Shown in pieces: positions 42,839 through 53,011 of a stretch of 64,000 bases of DNA. The translations under genes were made by a program, and so were the position numbers. The notes beneath the pieces are model-generated. The model ran no database searches and was not told the origin of the DNA. It was given only the letters and a program-made list of their open reading frames with translations. The stretch's first letter is position 1. Every line of letters starts with the position of its first letter. The stretch is from positions 77,221-141,220 of the forward strand of contig CANFLV010000004.1 in NCBI GenBank assembly GCA_947448025.1. Reading direction: 5' to 3'. Source of the stretch: Oxalobacteraceae bacterium (GTDB lineage: Bacteria > Pseudomonadota > Gammaproteobacteria > Burkholderiales > Burkholderiaceae_D).

Positions 42839-45082
42839 TTATGGCGTCGACAGACAGTTGACGATGCCATTAAACAGACGGTCGGTCATGTTCTCCAGCG
42901 TATAGCGCGAGGCTGTGTCGAGCGCGCCGCGCTGCAAGGCGGCCAGACGATTCTGGTCGCGTAAGGTCGCTGATACGACTTCAGCATAGACGTCGACATC
43001 GTCGTCAGTGATGACGCCATTGCGGCCACTGGCAAGATAAGAAATTTCCGGCGAATGCAGGCCGCAATCGGTCGTGAACATGGGCGTGCCACTGACAAAG
43101 GAATCGAGCACGCCCAAGCCCACCAGTCCCGGGTTGAGCATCACATCCGCCAGCACCAGCACCTCGGCCTTTTCGCGGCCTTGCAGGGGACCCAGGTAAT
43201 GCACCCAGCTAAATTGGCGTGCGGCGTTTTCGATCATCGGACCTTCCGGCCCGGCGCCAACGATCAGGAGCTGGAAGTCGGGCACCATTTTCTTGATGCG
43301 ATGCGCGGCGTCGAGCAGGAAATCCAGACGTTTTTCCTGATAGAGTGATCCCAGGCACAGGCCGATCGGGCCGCTGCCCATATTGTGCCGCGCGCGCAGT
43401 GCCTCACATTGCGCCAGCGTTACGTCCTTGCAGAAGCTGATCATCTCGCGCGTATCGACGGCATTTTCAACGATGGTGGTGCGCGCACTCGGAAAGCCGG
43501 CTTCATTGACGAGCGCCGCGCTGCCATCGGTGTAGGCAAACCACCAGTCGACCTTGTTGACGGTCCAGCGTTTGAAGCGTTCCTTCAAGCCGCCGGGACG
43601 CGCCGACTGCATATTGCGCCCATGGCCCCAGAAGGCGAGCCGGCGTGGCCGTCCCAGCGACAACAGCCACAAGTTATAAACCAGCTTATTTTCATGCATC
43701 ACGATGACGAGATCCGCTTGCTTGGCATAGGTGCCAAAGGGCTGCCAGCAGACCTTTTCATGGAGCAGGTAGCGTGTCGGTATGGCGATGCTCCAGTCGA
43801 GCGAAGTCTGGTCCTTTTTCTTGATTTCGGCTGCGGTGCCTTCACCGATCAATAATTGCAAATCGATGCCGTGCCGGGCCAGTAGCGTTCGCAAACGCTG
43901 ATACACGGCCACGCGGTAATGCAGCAGCTGGCGTTCGACGATCAGTACGCGCGGCTTCGCCGGTGGCGGCAGGCGATGGCGTATGCGATATCGCGCCAGC
44001 GCGGCGCGGCAGGCGCTGACAAAGCCATGGACAGCATCATCAAATGTGAATTGATCGACCAGCTCCTGGCTGCGGCTGCTGAAGCGTGCATACAATTGCG
44101 CGTCGCTCAAGAGGCGTGCTGCCTGGACTGTCCAGAGTTCGAGATTGGGTTCGCTGACATAACCGTTTTCCTGGTCGCGCACGAGGTCGCCGGCAGCCCC
44201 TGCTGCGGGCGTGACGATCACTGGCAAGCCAGCCGCGCAAGCTTCATTGATGACCATGCCCCATGGGTCCCAGCGTGTCGGCAGCAGCAGGATTCGTGCT
44301 GACTGGTACAGACCGGGCAGCTGAGCTTGTGTCGCAAAGCCGGCGAATCTGGTCTCGATCAGGTCGGCATGGCGTTCTGCTGCGTCCTGCAGCAGGGTCT
44401 CAAGGCTGCCTGCGCCGATGAACAGGATGCTGATTTTGCGTTGCAGGCGCCGGGCAACGTTGATGACGACATTGAGGGCAAACAGCGGGTTTTTCACCGG
44501 CTCCATGCGACCGCTGAAAATGAAATCGTATTGCTTGGGCGGGCCGCGTTGCGCCACTGCGAAAGCCTCGTTATCGGTGCATAGGCAGGACAGGAAGCAA
44601 CGCTCCGGTGCGATGCCGTAGCCGCGGTAGAGCGCGCGCCCGCCATTGCTGGCCGCGATATAGGCATCCGAACGGCGATACACGAGGTAGCGCACGGTTC
44701 GGTGCAGCAGGGTCAATGTGCGTTCCGAGGCTTCCGTGCCGTCGGTCATGGGTACCAGCGCGCGGCGCGCGAGGATGGCATACAGTACGCTGTACAGGTG
44801 AGTCGGGTTAAAGCCATTGACGACGACGACATCCGGAGAAAATTTTTTCAGGTGTTTGAAGACATCGGGATTGTTATGGATATAGCGACCGTCGATCGTA
44901 AAGTAGCGCTCTTTCAAATACGTATGCTCGAAGTCCATCGGCGGCAAATCCCACTGCCGGTTCGGTTCGCGCCGGCAGCAGAAAAAGACGTGCAGCCGCA
45001 CATCGGGCAAGGCCGCGATGCGCTGGTAAACTGGCACGCGATAGGGCGGCGGGAGATTGGCAACTAGGGCGATTCTTAGCAT
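42839..45082 (-). CDS. Fused protein with two glycosyltransferase (GT4-like, GT-B) modules
   Basis: 748 aa. The N-terminal half begins MLRIALVANLPPPYRVPVYQRI and the second half begins PRVLIVERQLLHYRVAVYQRL, so the module N-termini repeat. Both halves end in GT-B C-terminal domain-like segments. The ATG at 45082 follows GAGGAA. Confidence 0.7.
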   Translation of the reverse strand: MLRIALVANLPPPYRVPVYQRIAALPDVRLHVFFCCRREPNRQWDLPPMDFEHTYLKERYFTIDGRYIHNNPDVFKHLKKFSPDVVVVNGFNPTHLYSVLYAILARRALVPMTDGTEASERTLTLLHRTVRYLVYRRSDAYIAASNGGRALYRGYGIAPERCFLSCLCTDNEAFAVAQRGPPKQYDFIFSGRMEPVKNPLFALNVVINVARRLQRKISILFIGAGSLETLLQDAAERHADLIETRFAGFATQAQLPGLYQSARILLLPTRWDPWGMVINEACAAGLPVIVTPAAGAAGDLVRDQENGYVSEPNLELWTVQAARLLSDAQLYARFSSRSQELVDQFTFDDAVHGFVSACRAALARYRIRHRLPPPAKPRVLIVERQLLHYRVAVYQRLRTLLARHGIDLQLLIGEGTAAEIKKKDQTSLDWSIAIPTRYLLHEKVCWQPFGTYAKQADLVIVMHENKLVYNLWLLSLGRPRRLAFWGHGRNMQSARPGGLKERFKRWTVNKVDWWFAYTDGSAALVNEAGFPSARTTIVENAVDTREMISFCKDVTLAQCEALRARHNMGSGPIGLCLGSLYQEKRLDFLLDAAHRIKKMVPDFQLLIVGAGPEGPMIENAARQFSWVHYLGPLQGREKAEVLVLADVMLNPGLVGLGVLDSFVSGTPMFTTDCGLHSPEISYLASGRNGVITDDDVDVYAEVVSATLRDQNRLAALQRGALDTASRYTLENMTDRLFNGIVNCLSTP

Positions 45083-45102
45083 CGTGGTGTTCCTCGGCCG
45101 CC

Positions 45103-46020
45103 TCAGGATTGACGCCGGTCCCAGCCCAGCAAGCCGTCGAGTCGGCCGCGCGCAACCGACCAGCCATAGGCCAGTTCCGTACCAAACGCGCCCTTGAGTA
45201 GCGGCACCATCAGCGGCGCACACAAGCCGCGCACGATGACCCAGAGTGGTAAGCCATGTTTGGCATACAGCGCGCCAGTGCCGCGCGCGCGTCCTCGCGC
45301 TGCCTTGCGTGCCGCGCTGTCGCCGCTCGGCGCTGCCAGGCTGTATGCATGATGAACCTGTACGCCGGGTTCATGGATCACAGTCGCGCCATGGCGCAGT
45401 GCGCGCAGCACCAGGTCGGTTTCCTCGGCGGCACCGAACCATTGACCCACACCGAGGCGGGTATCGAAGCCACCTATCCGCTCAATCAGGCTGCGCCGCA
45501 GGAACAGCGTGATCGAGCTCACCGGCACATCGCGAAACTGGCGCGAACGCTGCCAGCTGAGTCGCGACGCAGCCGGTCCGGAGAGCGGCTGCTCAACCCA
45601 GCGGCCGATGATGCCCTCATGCTTGACCGAGTGCGGTGATTCACGGCTGCCTTTACCCATGACGTTTTCCAGCGCATGGCAGTCGTACCAGCAATCGTCG
45701 TCGGGAAAGCCGAGCCATTCGCCGGCGGCGACATCGATGCCGGCATTGCGCGCGGCGGCGAGATTGGCCGGTCGGTGCTGCAGGTATTTAATGAGCAGGC
45801 CGAGGCTGGCCGCGCGCAGCAGATGCGGCTGCAGGCGCGCGTCCGGATTCTGGTCGACTACGACGACCTCAAAGTCATGCATGGTTTGCGCGGCGAGCGA
45901 ATTGAACAGGCGGTCGAGTTCACTGGTGCGCCCGACGGTGGCCAGGATCAGTGACACGGCGACATTGCGTTTGTCTTTCATGGTGCTTCGATTCAGGCCG
46001 GCGTTACTGCTCGTATTCAT
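45103..46020 (-). CDS. Glycosyltransferase family 2
   Basis: VSLILATVGRTSELDRLFNSLAAQTMHDFEVVVVDQN and a DDD region (FPDDDCWY). Confidence 0.8.
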   Translation of the reverse strand: MNTSSNAGLNRSTMKDKRNVAVSLILATVGRTSELDRLFNSLAAQTMHDFEVVVVDQNPDARLQPHLLRAASLGLLIKYLQHRPANLAAARNAGIDVAAGEWLGFPDDDCWYDCHALENVMGKGSRESPHSVKHEGIIGRWVEQPLSGPAASRLSWQRSRQFRDVPVSSITLFLRRSLIERIGGFDTRLGVGQWFGAAEETDLVLRALRHGATVIHEPGVQVHHAYSLAAPSGDSAARKAARGRARGTGALYAKHGLPLWVIVRGLCAPLMVPLLKGAFGTELAYGWSVARGRLDGLLGWDRRQS

Positions 46021-46784
46021 GGCTGCACTCCTGATCCGCGTTCGATGCGCAAGGCCTGTCGCCGGCGCGCGAGATAGCGTGTGTAATGCAAGGCGCGCGT
46101 GGCTGGATTGCGCTGGACATGGCGCAGGCGCACCTTGAAATCTTCCTCCATGGCGGCAAGATGATGGCGCGTCGACAGGCTGCCTTCATGCACGCGAAAC
46201 GCCGTCAATGGTGTACTCAGCTGCAGTGGTTCAGCCTTGCGTGCGAGGCGCAGCCACATGTCATAGTCCATCGCAAACTGCAGGCCGGTGTCGAAGCCGT
46301 GAAGCTCGTTGAGTCGCGTGCGGCGCACGAAGGTGGCCGGATGCGGGATGAAATTGCGGCGCAGCAGGCGCGCATAGCTGTAGTCAGGCGCGCGGAAGCC
46401 TTCTGCATGCAGCACCCCGCCGATATCGCGCATGATGCGCCCGAAGAGCCAGTCGCGACCGCTTTGCGTGAATTGCGCCGCGACGCAGGACAGGACGTCG
46501 CCGCGCAGGTAGTAATCATCGGAATGCAAATGCGCGACGACGTCGCCGCTGGCAATGCGGATGCCTTCATTCATGGCGCGGCTGATGCCGCCGCGGATAT
46601 TTTCCAGTAGCTTCACGGGGCGCGCAATGGCGCGGATTTTTTCCAGCGTCGCGTCAGTCGAGCCGCCATCGACGAAGATCATTTCGACATGCGCATAGTC
46701 TTGCGCCAGTACCGAGGCGATGCAGGCATCGAGAAAGGCGGCACTGTTCCAGGTGCAGGTGATGATGGAAAAAGTCAGCGGCAC
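46017..46784 (-). CDS. Glycosyltransferase family 2
   Basis: FSIITCTWNSAAFLDACIASVLAQDYAHVEMIFVDGGSTDAT and an HSDD motif. 4-nt overlap with the next gene. Confidence 0.85.
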   Translation of the reverse strand: MPLTFSIITCTWNSAAFLDACIASVLAQDYAHVEMIFVDGGSTDATLEKIRAIARPVKLLENIRGGISRAMNEGIRIASGDVVAHLHSDDYYLRGDVLSCVAAQFTQSGRDWLFGRIMRDIGGVLHAEGFRAPDYSYARLLRRNFIPHPATFVRRTRLNELHGFDTGLQFAMDYDMWLRLARKAEPLQLSTPLTAFRVHEGSLSTRHHLAAMEEDFKVRLRHVQRNPATRALHYTRYLARRRQALRIERGSGVQP

Positions 46785-48049
46785 GCGGCCTCCTGTGTCC
46801 TTAAGACTTTGAGTTGACCCGCTGGCCAGCGATACACCTGCAGTAATTGCTGCATGACGGGCTGTACGGCGCCCAAGCCATCCGGCGCCAGGCCAAAGTC
46901 ATGAAAGCGCTCATGGCCCAGCAGGTCTTGCACCAGTTCGGCAAGAGTTGCATGCAAGCGTAATTGCTCAGGCTGCCATGCATAGCGCGCGATTTCCGGG
47001 GTGCCGCCGCGTGCGAGCGCAAAGGTCGGTTTGCCCAGTAACAGGCCTTCGAGGATGGTCGTGCCGAAGGGTTCTTCCCATAGCGAGGGCACGACCACGG
47101 CATGCGCTGCGGCCGTCATGTGCAAGGTCTGCTGTGCGCAATGCCAGCCATGGAATTGAATCTGCGGCTTACCGGCATAATCTGCGCGCAGCGCGGCCTC
47201 AGACGGACCGTCACCGATGATGGAGAGCTGCATGTGTGGCGGCATGCGCGGCGCCAGCGCCTGCAGGAATTCAGCAGTGCCTTTGGCGGGACTGATTTTG
47301 CCGGCGACGACGACGCGCAGGCACTCACTTTGCGGTGGCGGCGCGATGCTTGCGCGGGCCGCATCGATGTTGGCGCGATCAGCAAAATTATGGATGGTGA
47401 CGCCCCAATCGCCCGGGCCGAGTGTGCGGCTCAGGTTATGTCGCAACATGTCGGACACGAATACGGTTTTGTGCCGCTGCAGGCTGATACCGACTTCGCG
47501 GCGATAGCGCATCACGGCCGTGCGCGTGAGTGCGCGCTGCAGCACATTCGGCTGCGCGCTGAAGCAGCTGGCGCAATCGACGGCTGCGCTCGCATTGCAA
47601 ATTGCGCCATCGCGAAAACGCGTATGCATCACGCAGTCGCTGCCCTGATCGTGGCGCGTCTGAACAAAATTGAGATACGGTGGCAGGTAGCGCCCGACAT
47701 TGGGCACGTGGCCGTGATAATGGATCACGTCGTAATTCGGCGCATGGCGCTGGATGGCGGCGGCAAACTGCTGCGCGATCCAGGAACGTTTTGGTGGCAT
47801 GGCAAAGCCCAGCTGGCGCTCCTTCCAGCCGGCGAAATGGCCATCGAGTTCACCAAAAAACTGTCCGCCAAATTCGCCTTCCGCGCCGGCTACCGACAGC
47901 GGATGCTGGCTGCCGCCGAGCAGGTCGACTTGATGGCCGGCTTGACGCAGCGCGCGCGCCAGGCCGAGCACATGCTTTGCCAGTCCGCCCATGTTCGCAT
48001 AGGGGATGTCTTCACTCACCATGAGGATGCGCATGCTGGCCGCCTTCAT
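46775..48049 (-). CDS. Glycosyltransferase family 4
   Basis: MRILMVSEDIPYANMGGLAKHV N-terminal region and a C-terminal EEPFGTTILEGLLLGKP motif. ATGA overlap with the wzx stop; an alternative ATG lies at 48034. Confidence 0.8.
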   Translation of the reverse strand: MKAASMRILMVSEDIPYANMGGLAKHVLGLARALRQAGHQVDLLGGSQHPLSVAGAEGEFGGQFFGELDGHFAGWKERQLGFAMPPKRSWIAQQFAAAIQRHAPNYDVIHYHGHVPNVGRYLPPYLNFVQTRHDQGSDCVMHTRFRDGAICNASAAVDCASCFSAQPNVLQRALTRTAVMRYRREVGISLQRHKTVFVSDMLRHNLSRTLGPGDWGVTIHNFADRANIDAARASIAPPPQSECLRVVVAGKISPAKGTAEFLQALAPRMPPHMQLSIIGDGPSEAALRADYAGKPQIQFHGWHCAQQTLHMTAAAHAVVVPSLWEEPFGTTILEGLLLGKPTFALARGGTPEIARYAWQPEQLRLHATLAELVQDLLGHERFHDFGLAPDGLGAVQPVMQQLLQVYRWPAGQLKVLRTQEAACR

Positions 48050-49539
48050 TGGCGCATGCGGCGTGCTACCGCGAGCAGGGCGGCGCGTTCATCACCGCTG
48101 ACGATAAAGGCAAAGCCCGCCAGCGCCAGCGTCAGCAGTGCCGCCGAGACGATCAGGGCAGTGCCGAGCAAACCTTGTGGTATCAGCCACTTCAAGGGAA
48201 ACAGCACGCCGAAGACGATTACGCCGACTGACATGCTTTTGCCTAAGCCCTGTACCAGCGTATCGTTGAAACTGATCGGTACCGTGCGCTCGTGCACGAA
48301 CAAAAGGAAACTTGCGCTCATCAATATGGCGGTGAGCAAATGCCCGATCGCCGCGCCAACGATGCCTGCAGTATGCGCGCCGACATACACGAGGCTGATG
48401 CCGAGGATGCCACGCACCAGTGCAAAACGGCCAGAGACTTCCGGATGGCCAAGCGCGTCATTGACCAGCGAAGGAATATTCGTGAGCGAATCCAGTAACA
48501 GCGCGACCGTCATCAGCACCAGCACCGGGTAGCCTTGCGCGACAAAACTTTCACCGACCCAGTGGCGCAGGAATTCGTCGCCAGCCAAGACGATCACGCC
48601 CAGCGCGACGAGGTTAATGTAAGTCACATAGCGCATCGTGCCGAGATAAATCGGCCGCAATTCATGTATGCGCTTTGAGGCGGCCAGTGCGCTCGTCATC
48701 GGATAAATCACGCTCGAGAGGCGATAGGTCAGGCCGAGCATGCGACTGGCCAGCGTCGCCGGCACGGTGTAGAAGGCCAGCGCCACAGGTCCGGCGAGCG
48801 CGCCGACGATCAGTTTGTCGCCATGCTGATGCAGGGTGGTGGCGATCTTGCTGAGATAGGCATAGGCACTGAAGCGTGTCAGGGCACGGCGCACATCTGT
48901 ACCTGGCCAGGCGAGGCAGATGTCGAGTTTGAGGCTGCGAATCAGATAAGCGAGATAAATTACATTCAGCAGCGACACCCCCACGCGCGCGGCAATCACG
49001 GCCGCGACGCTGCCATCACTGAGCGCGGCAACGACCGAGGCGACATTGACGAGCACGCCGAAAAACGCTTCGCTTTGCGCCGAACGATCATAGCGCTGCA
49101 GCGACTGCGGCACGACCAGCAAATAACTTTGCATCTGGTTCAGCGCAAAGCCCGCCGCGCCGACTTGCAGAGCCAGCACCGTCGTCGCGTGGCACTGTTC
49201 GGGCAAGTTGAAGATGCCGTTGACAAGCCAGCCGCCAGTCATAAAAATAGCCAGCCCACCGAGCAGGCCGAGACCGCCGTAAAAGAGGGCGCCAAACCAG
49301 AAGGTTTCGGCGAAACGTCGCTGCTCGCCCGCCGCATGGCTTTCGGCCAGGTATTTAATCGCACCGGCACTGAGGTTAATGTCCAGCACACCGAAATAGC
49401 CGATCATTGAATTGACCAGCGTGACGATGCCAAATCCCTCGACGCCGAGCGCGCTGATCAGTAGCGGCACGCTCGCCAGCGCGGCGATGGCAGGCAATGC
49501 TGATCCCGTCACGTTCCACAATGAGTTACGAATAAACAT
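48046..49539 (-). CDS. wzx: Polysaccharide flippase (Wzx, MOP superfamily)
   Basis: ~497-aa polytopic membrane protein of the Polysacc_synt type, positioned between wzy and the glycosyltransferases. Confidence 0.75.
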   Translation of the reverse strand: MFIRNSLWNVTGSALPAIAALASVPLLISALGVEGFGIVTLVNSMIGYFGVLDINLSAGAIKYLAESHAAGEQRRFAETFWFGALFYGGLGLLGGLAIFMTGGWLVNGIFNLPEQCHATTVLALQVGAAGFALNQMQSYLLVVPQSLQRYDRSAQSEAFFGVLVNVASVVAALSDGSVAAVIAARVGVSLLNVIYLAYLIRSLKLDICLAWPGTDVRRALTRFSAYAYLSKIATTLHQHGDKLIVGALAGPVALAFYTVPATLASRMLGLTYRLSSVIYPMTSALAASKRIHELRPIYLGTMRYVTYINLVALGVIVLAGDEFLRHWVGESFVAQGYPVLVLMTVALLLDSLTNIPSLVNDALGHPEVSGRFALVRGILGISLVYVGAHTAGIVGAAIGHLLTAILMSASFLLFVHERTVPISFNDTLVQGLGKSMSVGVIVFGVLFPLKWLIPQGLLGTALIVSAALLTLALAGFAFIVSGDERAALLAVARRMRQ

Positions 49540-50926
49540 GGACGCGCGCTTGAAAACGTTGCAGGTTTGTCGCCAGAAATGGCAAGGCCAGCGTCAGGCC
49601 GATCAATAGCATGGTGCGGAATTCAATGATGGGCGTACCGATCAAGAGGGTCGGAATCCAGAACAGCAAGCCGGCAAAGCCGCAGTCCGACAGCAAACGT
49701 GCTTCGCCCTTGAGCTTGGCACAGCGTCTGAAATAATGACCGCTGGCGCTGAGCAGAAGACCGCTGAACAGAAGCAAGCCGATCAAGCCTGTCTTGAGGA
49801 TGATGTGCCCCAGACCGCTATGGACAAAATCAAAGCGGCCGAAATGATAGGCCAGGATATCCTGGTCGCCTACGAAGCTGCCCCAGGTGCCGAGACCGAA
49901 GAGCCAGTTATCCCCCAGGCTTTGAGCGGCGGCCCATAATTCATAAAAGCGATTGTCGGACGCGCCCACGCCGCCACCGGTTAAGTCATACACCAGTGCA
50001 GAAAACAGGCTGGCATCGCCATGGCTGCTGAACTGCAGACGCTGGCTGAAAAACAGCGCAGTCGTGGCCAGTAATAATCCGCCGCCGAACAGCAGTACGA
50101 GCGCGCGGCGCGCCGGCGGCAAGAGCGTGAGCAGGAACAGCGCCATCAACACCACGCCCAGCAGCGAGGCGCGCCGATATGACAGGGCGACGGCGGAAAT
50201 TTCCAGCACCATCAGGGCCAACAATGCCAGCCGGGGGAGTAACTTCAGGCGCAGCTGCGGCGAGCTCAATTGCCAGGCGGCCCAGAATGCAGCGAGGCTG
50301 GCAATGAAGTTATCGGCGATATCAAAGAAGAACAGCTTGATATCGAGGTGCTCGAAATTTCGATAGGGATTCGCGCTGTCGCCATCGAACCAGATATAGC
50401 GCGCCAGTCCGTAGAGCGCGCGCAGTGCGGCCAGCACAATGATGCTGCGCATCAGATTGCGCTGGCCTTGTTCAGTCTTGAATGCGGTCAGTATCAGGAA
50501 CATGAAGATCAGCATATTAAGCACGTTCAGGATGCCGTTGTAACCCAAGGCATCAGTGAGCGCGATCCCGAGCCAACCCGCGATCAGTACGTGCCCCAGC
50601 AACAGGCAGGCAAAGCCGGCAAAATAAAACGCAAGCGGCGGCGCGACCCGCAAATGGCTGGGATTGATAAAGCGCTGCAGCAGCAAGCCTACGCCGGCGG
50701 CAAACAGCAGGATATTGATCAGTGAAAAATAGAATAGCCCGGTGCCGCGCGAGTAGATCGTATTGTCGACACTGAGCTGACCCCAAGTCGAGGATGAGAA
50801 CAACACCAGCACGACCAGCAGCGTCATGGGGATCAGCTTCGGCGTCTTGACGCTGATGCCGATCACGATGGGCGTCAGGATCAGGGCAAGCAGGGTCCAG
50901 CCTATCGTGCTGTATATCGGCATCAT
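49526..50926 (-). CDS. wzy: O-antigen ligase / polymerase family membrane protein (Wzy-like)
   Basis: ~466-aa polytopic membrane protein with a large loop. Assignment rests mostly on context. Confidence 0.65.
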   Translation of the reverse strand: MMPIYSTIGWTLLALILTPIVIGISVKTPKLIPMTLLVVLVLFSSSTWGQLSVDNTIYSRGTGLFYFSLINILLFAAGVGLLLQRFINPSHLRVAPPLAFYFAGFACLLLGHVLIAGWLGIALTDALGYNGILNVLNMLIFMFLILTAFKTEQGQRNLMRSIIVLAALRALYGLARYIWFDGDSANPYRNFEHLDIKLFFFDIADNFIASLAAFWAAWQLSSPQLRLKLLPRLALLALMVLEISAVALSYRRASLLGVVLMALFLLTLLPPARRALVLLFGGGLLLATTALFFSQRLQFSSHGDASLFSALVYDLTGGGVGASDNRFYELWAAAQSLGDNWLFGLGTWGSFVGDQDILAYHFGRFDFVHSGLGHIILKTGLIGLLLFSGLLLSASGHYFRRCAKLKGEARLLSDCGFAGLLFWIPTLLIGTPIIEFRTMLLIGLTLALPFLATNLQRFQARVHVYS

Positions 50927-50993
50927 GAAGTCGGCTCCATCGGTGAGGCGTCAGTTAGGGTTCGGATACGCGCGCTCACGCCAGTGAAGCATG

Positions 50994-51962
50994 TCAGCGC
51001 ACCTCAGTGCCGCCAGTGAAATGACGGTAGGTTTCAGCCAGTCCCTGTTTCAGGGGGATTTTCGGCGACCAGCCCAGCGCGAATGCCTTGTGACTGTCCA
51101 TGAGCTTGCGCGGCGTGCCATCGGGTTTGCTGGTGTCGAAGATGATCTTGCCGCGGTAGCCGGTCACATTGCTGATCAAGTCTGCCACTTCGCCTATGGT
51201 GACGTCTTTTCCTGCACCGACATTGATGTGGGATAACGTTGGTGCAGTATTGGCATCGTACGTTGCGCGATGGAGTTCCATGATGTGTACGCAGGCGTCA
51301 GCCATGTCATCGACGTAGAGGAATTCACGGCGCGGCGTGCCGGTGCCCCAGATGACGACGGACTCGGCGCGGCTTTGGCGGGCTTCGTGGAAGCGGCGGA
51401 TCAGGCCTGGGATCACATGGCTGTTTTCCGGATGATAGTTATCGCCCGGGCCATACAGATTGGTCGGCATGACGCTGCGAAAATCGGTGCCGTACTGGCG
51501 GTTATAGCTTTCGCACATCTTGATGCCGGCGATCTTGGCCATGGCATACGCTTCATTGGTCGGTTCGAGCGGACCGGTCATCAGGTAATCCTCGAGGATC
51601 GGCTGCTGCGCCATGCGCGGATAGATGCAGGACGAGCCGAGAAAGAGCAGCTTCTTCACTCCAGAGCGCCAGGCTTCATGCACGACGTTGGCCTGCACCA
51701 TCATGTTTTCGTAGATGAATTGTGCAGGATAGGTATTGTTGGCGTGGATGCCACCCACGCGCGCGGCGGCCAGATAGACTTCGTCGATGCGTTCAGTGGC
51801 AAAGAAGGCGCGCACCTGCGCCTGGTCGGTCAGGTCCAGTTCGGCTCGGCTGCGCGTGACGATGTCTTTGCATTCACGGCGAGCCAGGGCGCGCAGGATG
51901 GCCGAGCCGACCAGGCCGCGATGACCGGCGACATAGATGCGTTTGCGTGGATGGCTGTACAT
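50994..51962 (-). CDS. fcl: GDP-L-fucose synthase (GDP-4-keto-6-deoxy-D-mannose 3,5-epimerase/4-reductase)
   Basis: [22 protein letters not shown] and YAMAKIAG (YxxxK). The ATG at 51962 is preceded by GGAG; the track ORF extends to 52022. Confidence 0.88.
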   Translation of the reverse strand: MYSHPRKRIYVAGHRGLVGSAILRALARRECKDIVTRSRAELDLTDQAQVRAFFATERIDEVYLAAARVGGIHANNTYPAQFIYENMMVQANVVHEAWRSGVKKLLFLGSSCIYPRMAQQPILEDYLMTGPLEPTNEAYAMAKIAGIKMCESYNRQYGTDFRSVMPTNLYGPGDNYHPENSHVIPGLIRRFHEARQSRAESVVIWGTGTPRREFLYVDDMADACVHIMELHRATYDANTAPTLSHINVGAGKDVTIGEVADLISNVTGYRGKIIFDTSKPDGTPRKLMDSHKAFALGWSPKIPLKQGLAETYRHFTGGTEVR

Positions 51963-52024
51963 GGTAATTCTCCGTTGATGGCGGGCTTGTTTGCGAGGTA
52001 GTCGAGGTGCGCTGACCAGCATCC

Positions 52025-52972
52025 TTATTGGCGCATGGTGCTTGCCGGTTGATGATCGATCTGTTTCGCCACGTCCATGAGGAAGTGGCTGAAATCCTCG
52101 CGCACTTCCGCATGCTTGAGCGCGAACTGCACCGTCGCCTGCAGGTAGCCTTGCTTGCTGCCGCAGTCATAGCGCACGCCATCGAATTCATAGGCCAGCA
52201 CAGTTTCGTCGCCGAGCAGCATGGCGATGGCGTCGGTGAGCTGCATTTCACCGCCGCTGCCTATGACGCCGGATTCAGTGCCCTCGCGCGCTTCTCGATT
52301 GCGCAGCACATGCAAATGCTGGAAGATCGCCGGCGTGAGGATGTAGCGGCCGACCACGCCCATGTTCGAAGGCGCATGCTCGGGTTCGGGCTTTTCGACG
52401 ATGGCCGACAGGCGCGCGAGGCGCCGGCCGAAGGGCGTGGCGGCGATCACGCCGTAACGGCGGCTTTGTTCGCGCCGGATCGCTTCGACGCCGATGATGC
52501 TGCTGCCGTATTCCTGATATTGCTCGATCATTTGCCGCAGCACGGGCACGGTGCTGTCGAGCAGGTCGTCGGCAAGGATGACGGCAAACGGTGCATCATT
52601 GAGCAGGCGCTCGGCGCACAGCACCGCGTGACCGAGGCCGAGCGCTTCTGACTGACGCACATAGAAGCAGTCGACCTTGTCGGGTTTGATCCGGCGCAGT
52701 ACCTCGAGCAGGGCATTTTTTTGCTTCGCGGCGAGTTCGATTTCGAGTTCATACGCCTTGTCGAAATGATCTTCGATGGCGCGTTTATTGCGGCCTGTGA
52801 CGAAGATCATTTCGGTGATGCCGGCAGCGAAGGCTTCTTCGACGGCGTACTGGATCAGGGGTTTGTCGACGATCGGCAGCATTTCTTTCGGGCTGGCCTT
52901 GGTCGCCGGCAGGAAGCGGGTGCCGAGGCCGGCGACGGGAAACACTGCCCGGCTGATTTTTTTGTGCATCAT
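52025..52972 (-). CDS. galU: UTP--glucose-1-phosphate uridylyltransferase
   Basis: The [34 protein letters not shown] signature is typical of GalU. Confidence 0.9.
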   Translation of the reverse strand: MMHKKISRAVFPVAGLGTRFLPATKASPKEMLPIVDKPLIQYAVEEAFAAGITEMIFVTGRNKRAIEDHFDKAYELEIELAAKQKNALLEVLRRIKPDKVDCFYVRQSEALGLGHAVLCAERLLNDAPFAVILADDLLDSTVPVLRQMIEQYQEYGSSIIGVEAIRREQSRRYGVIAATPFGRRLARLSAIVEKPEPEHAPSNMGVVGRYILTPAIFQHLHVLRNREAREGTESGVIGSGGEMQLTDAIAMLLGDETVLAYEFDGVRYDCGSKQGYLQATVQFALKHAEVREDFSHFLMDVAKQIDHQPASTMRQ

Positions 52973-53011
52973 GGCGCGACTCTTTCAAAATTGGGTACGA
53001 TCACATGGACG

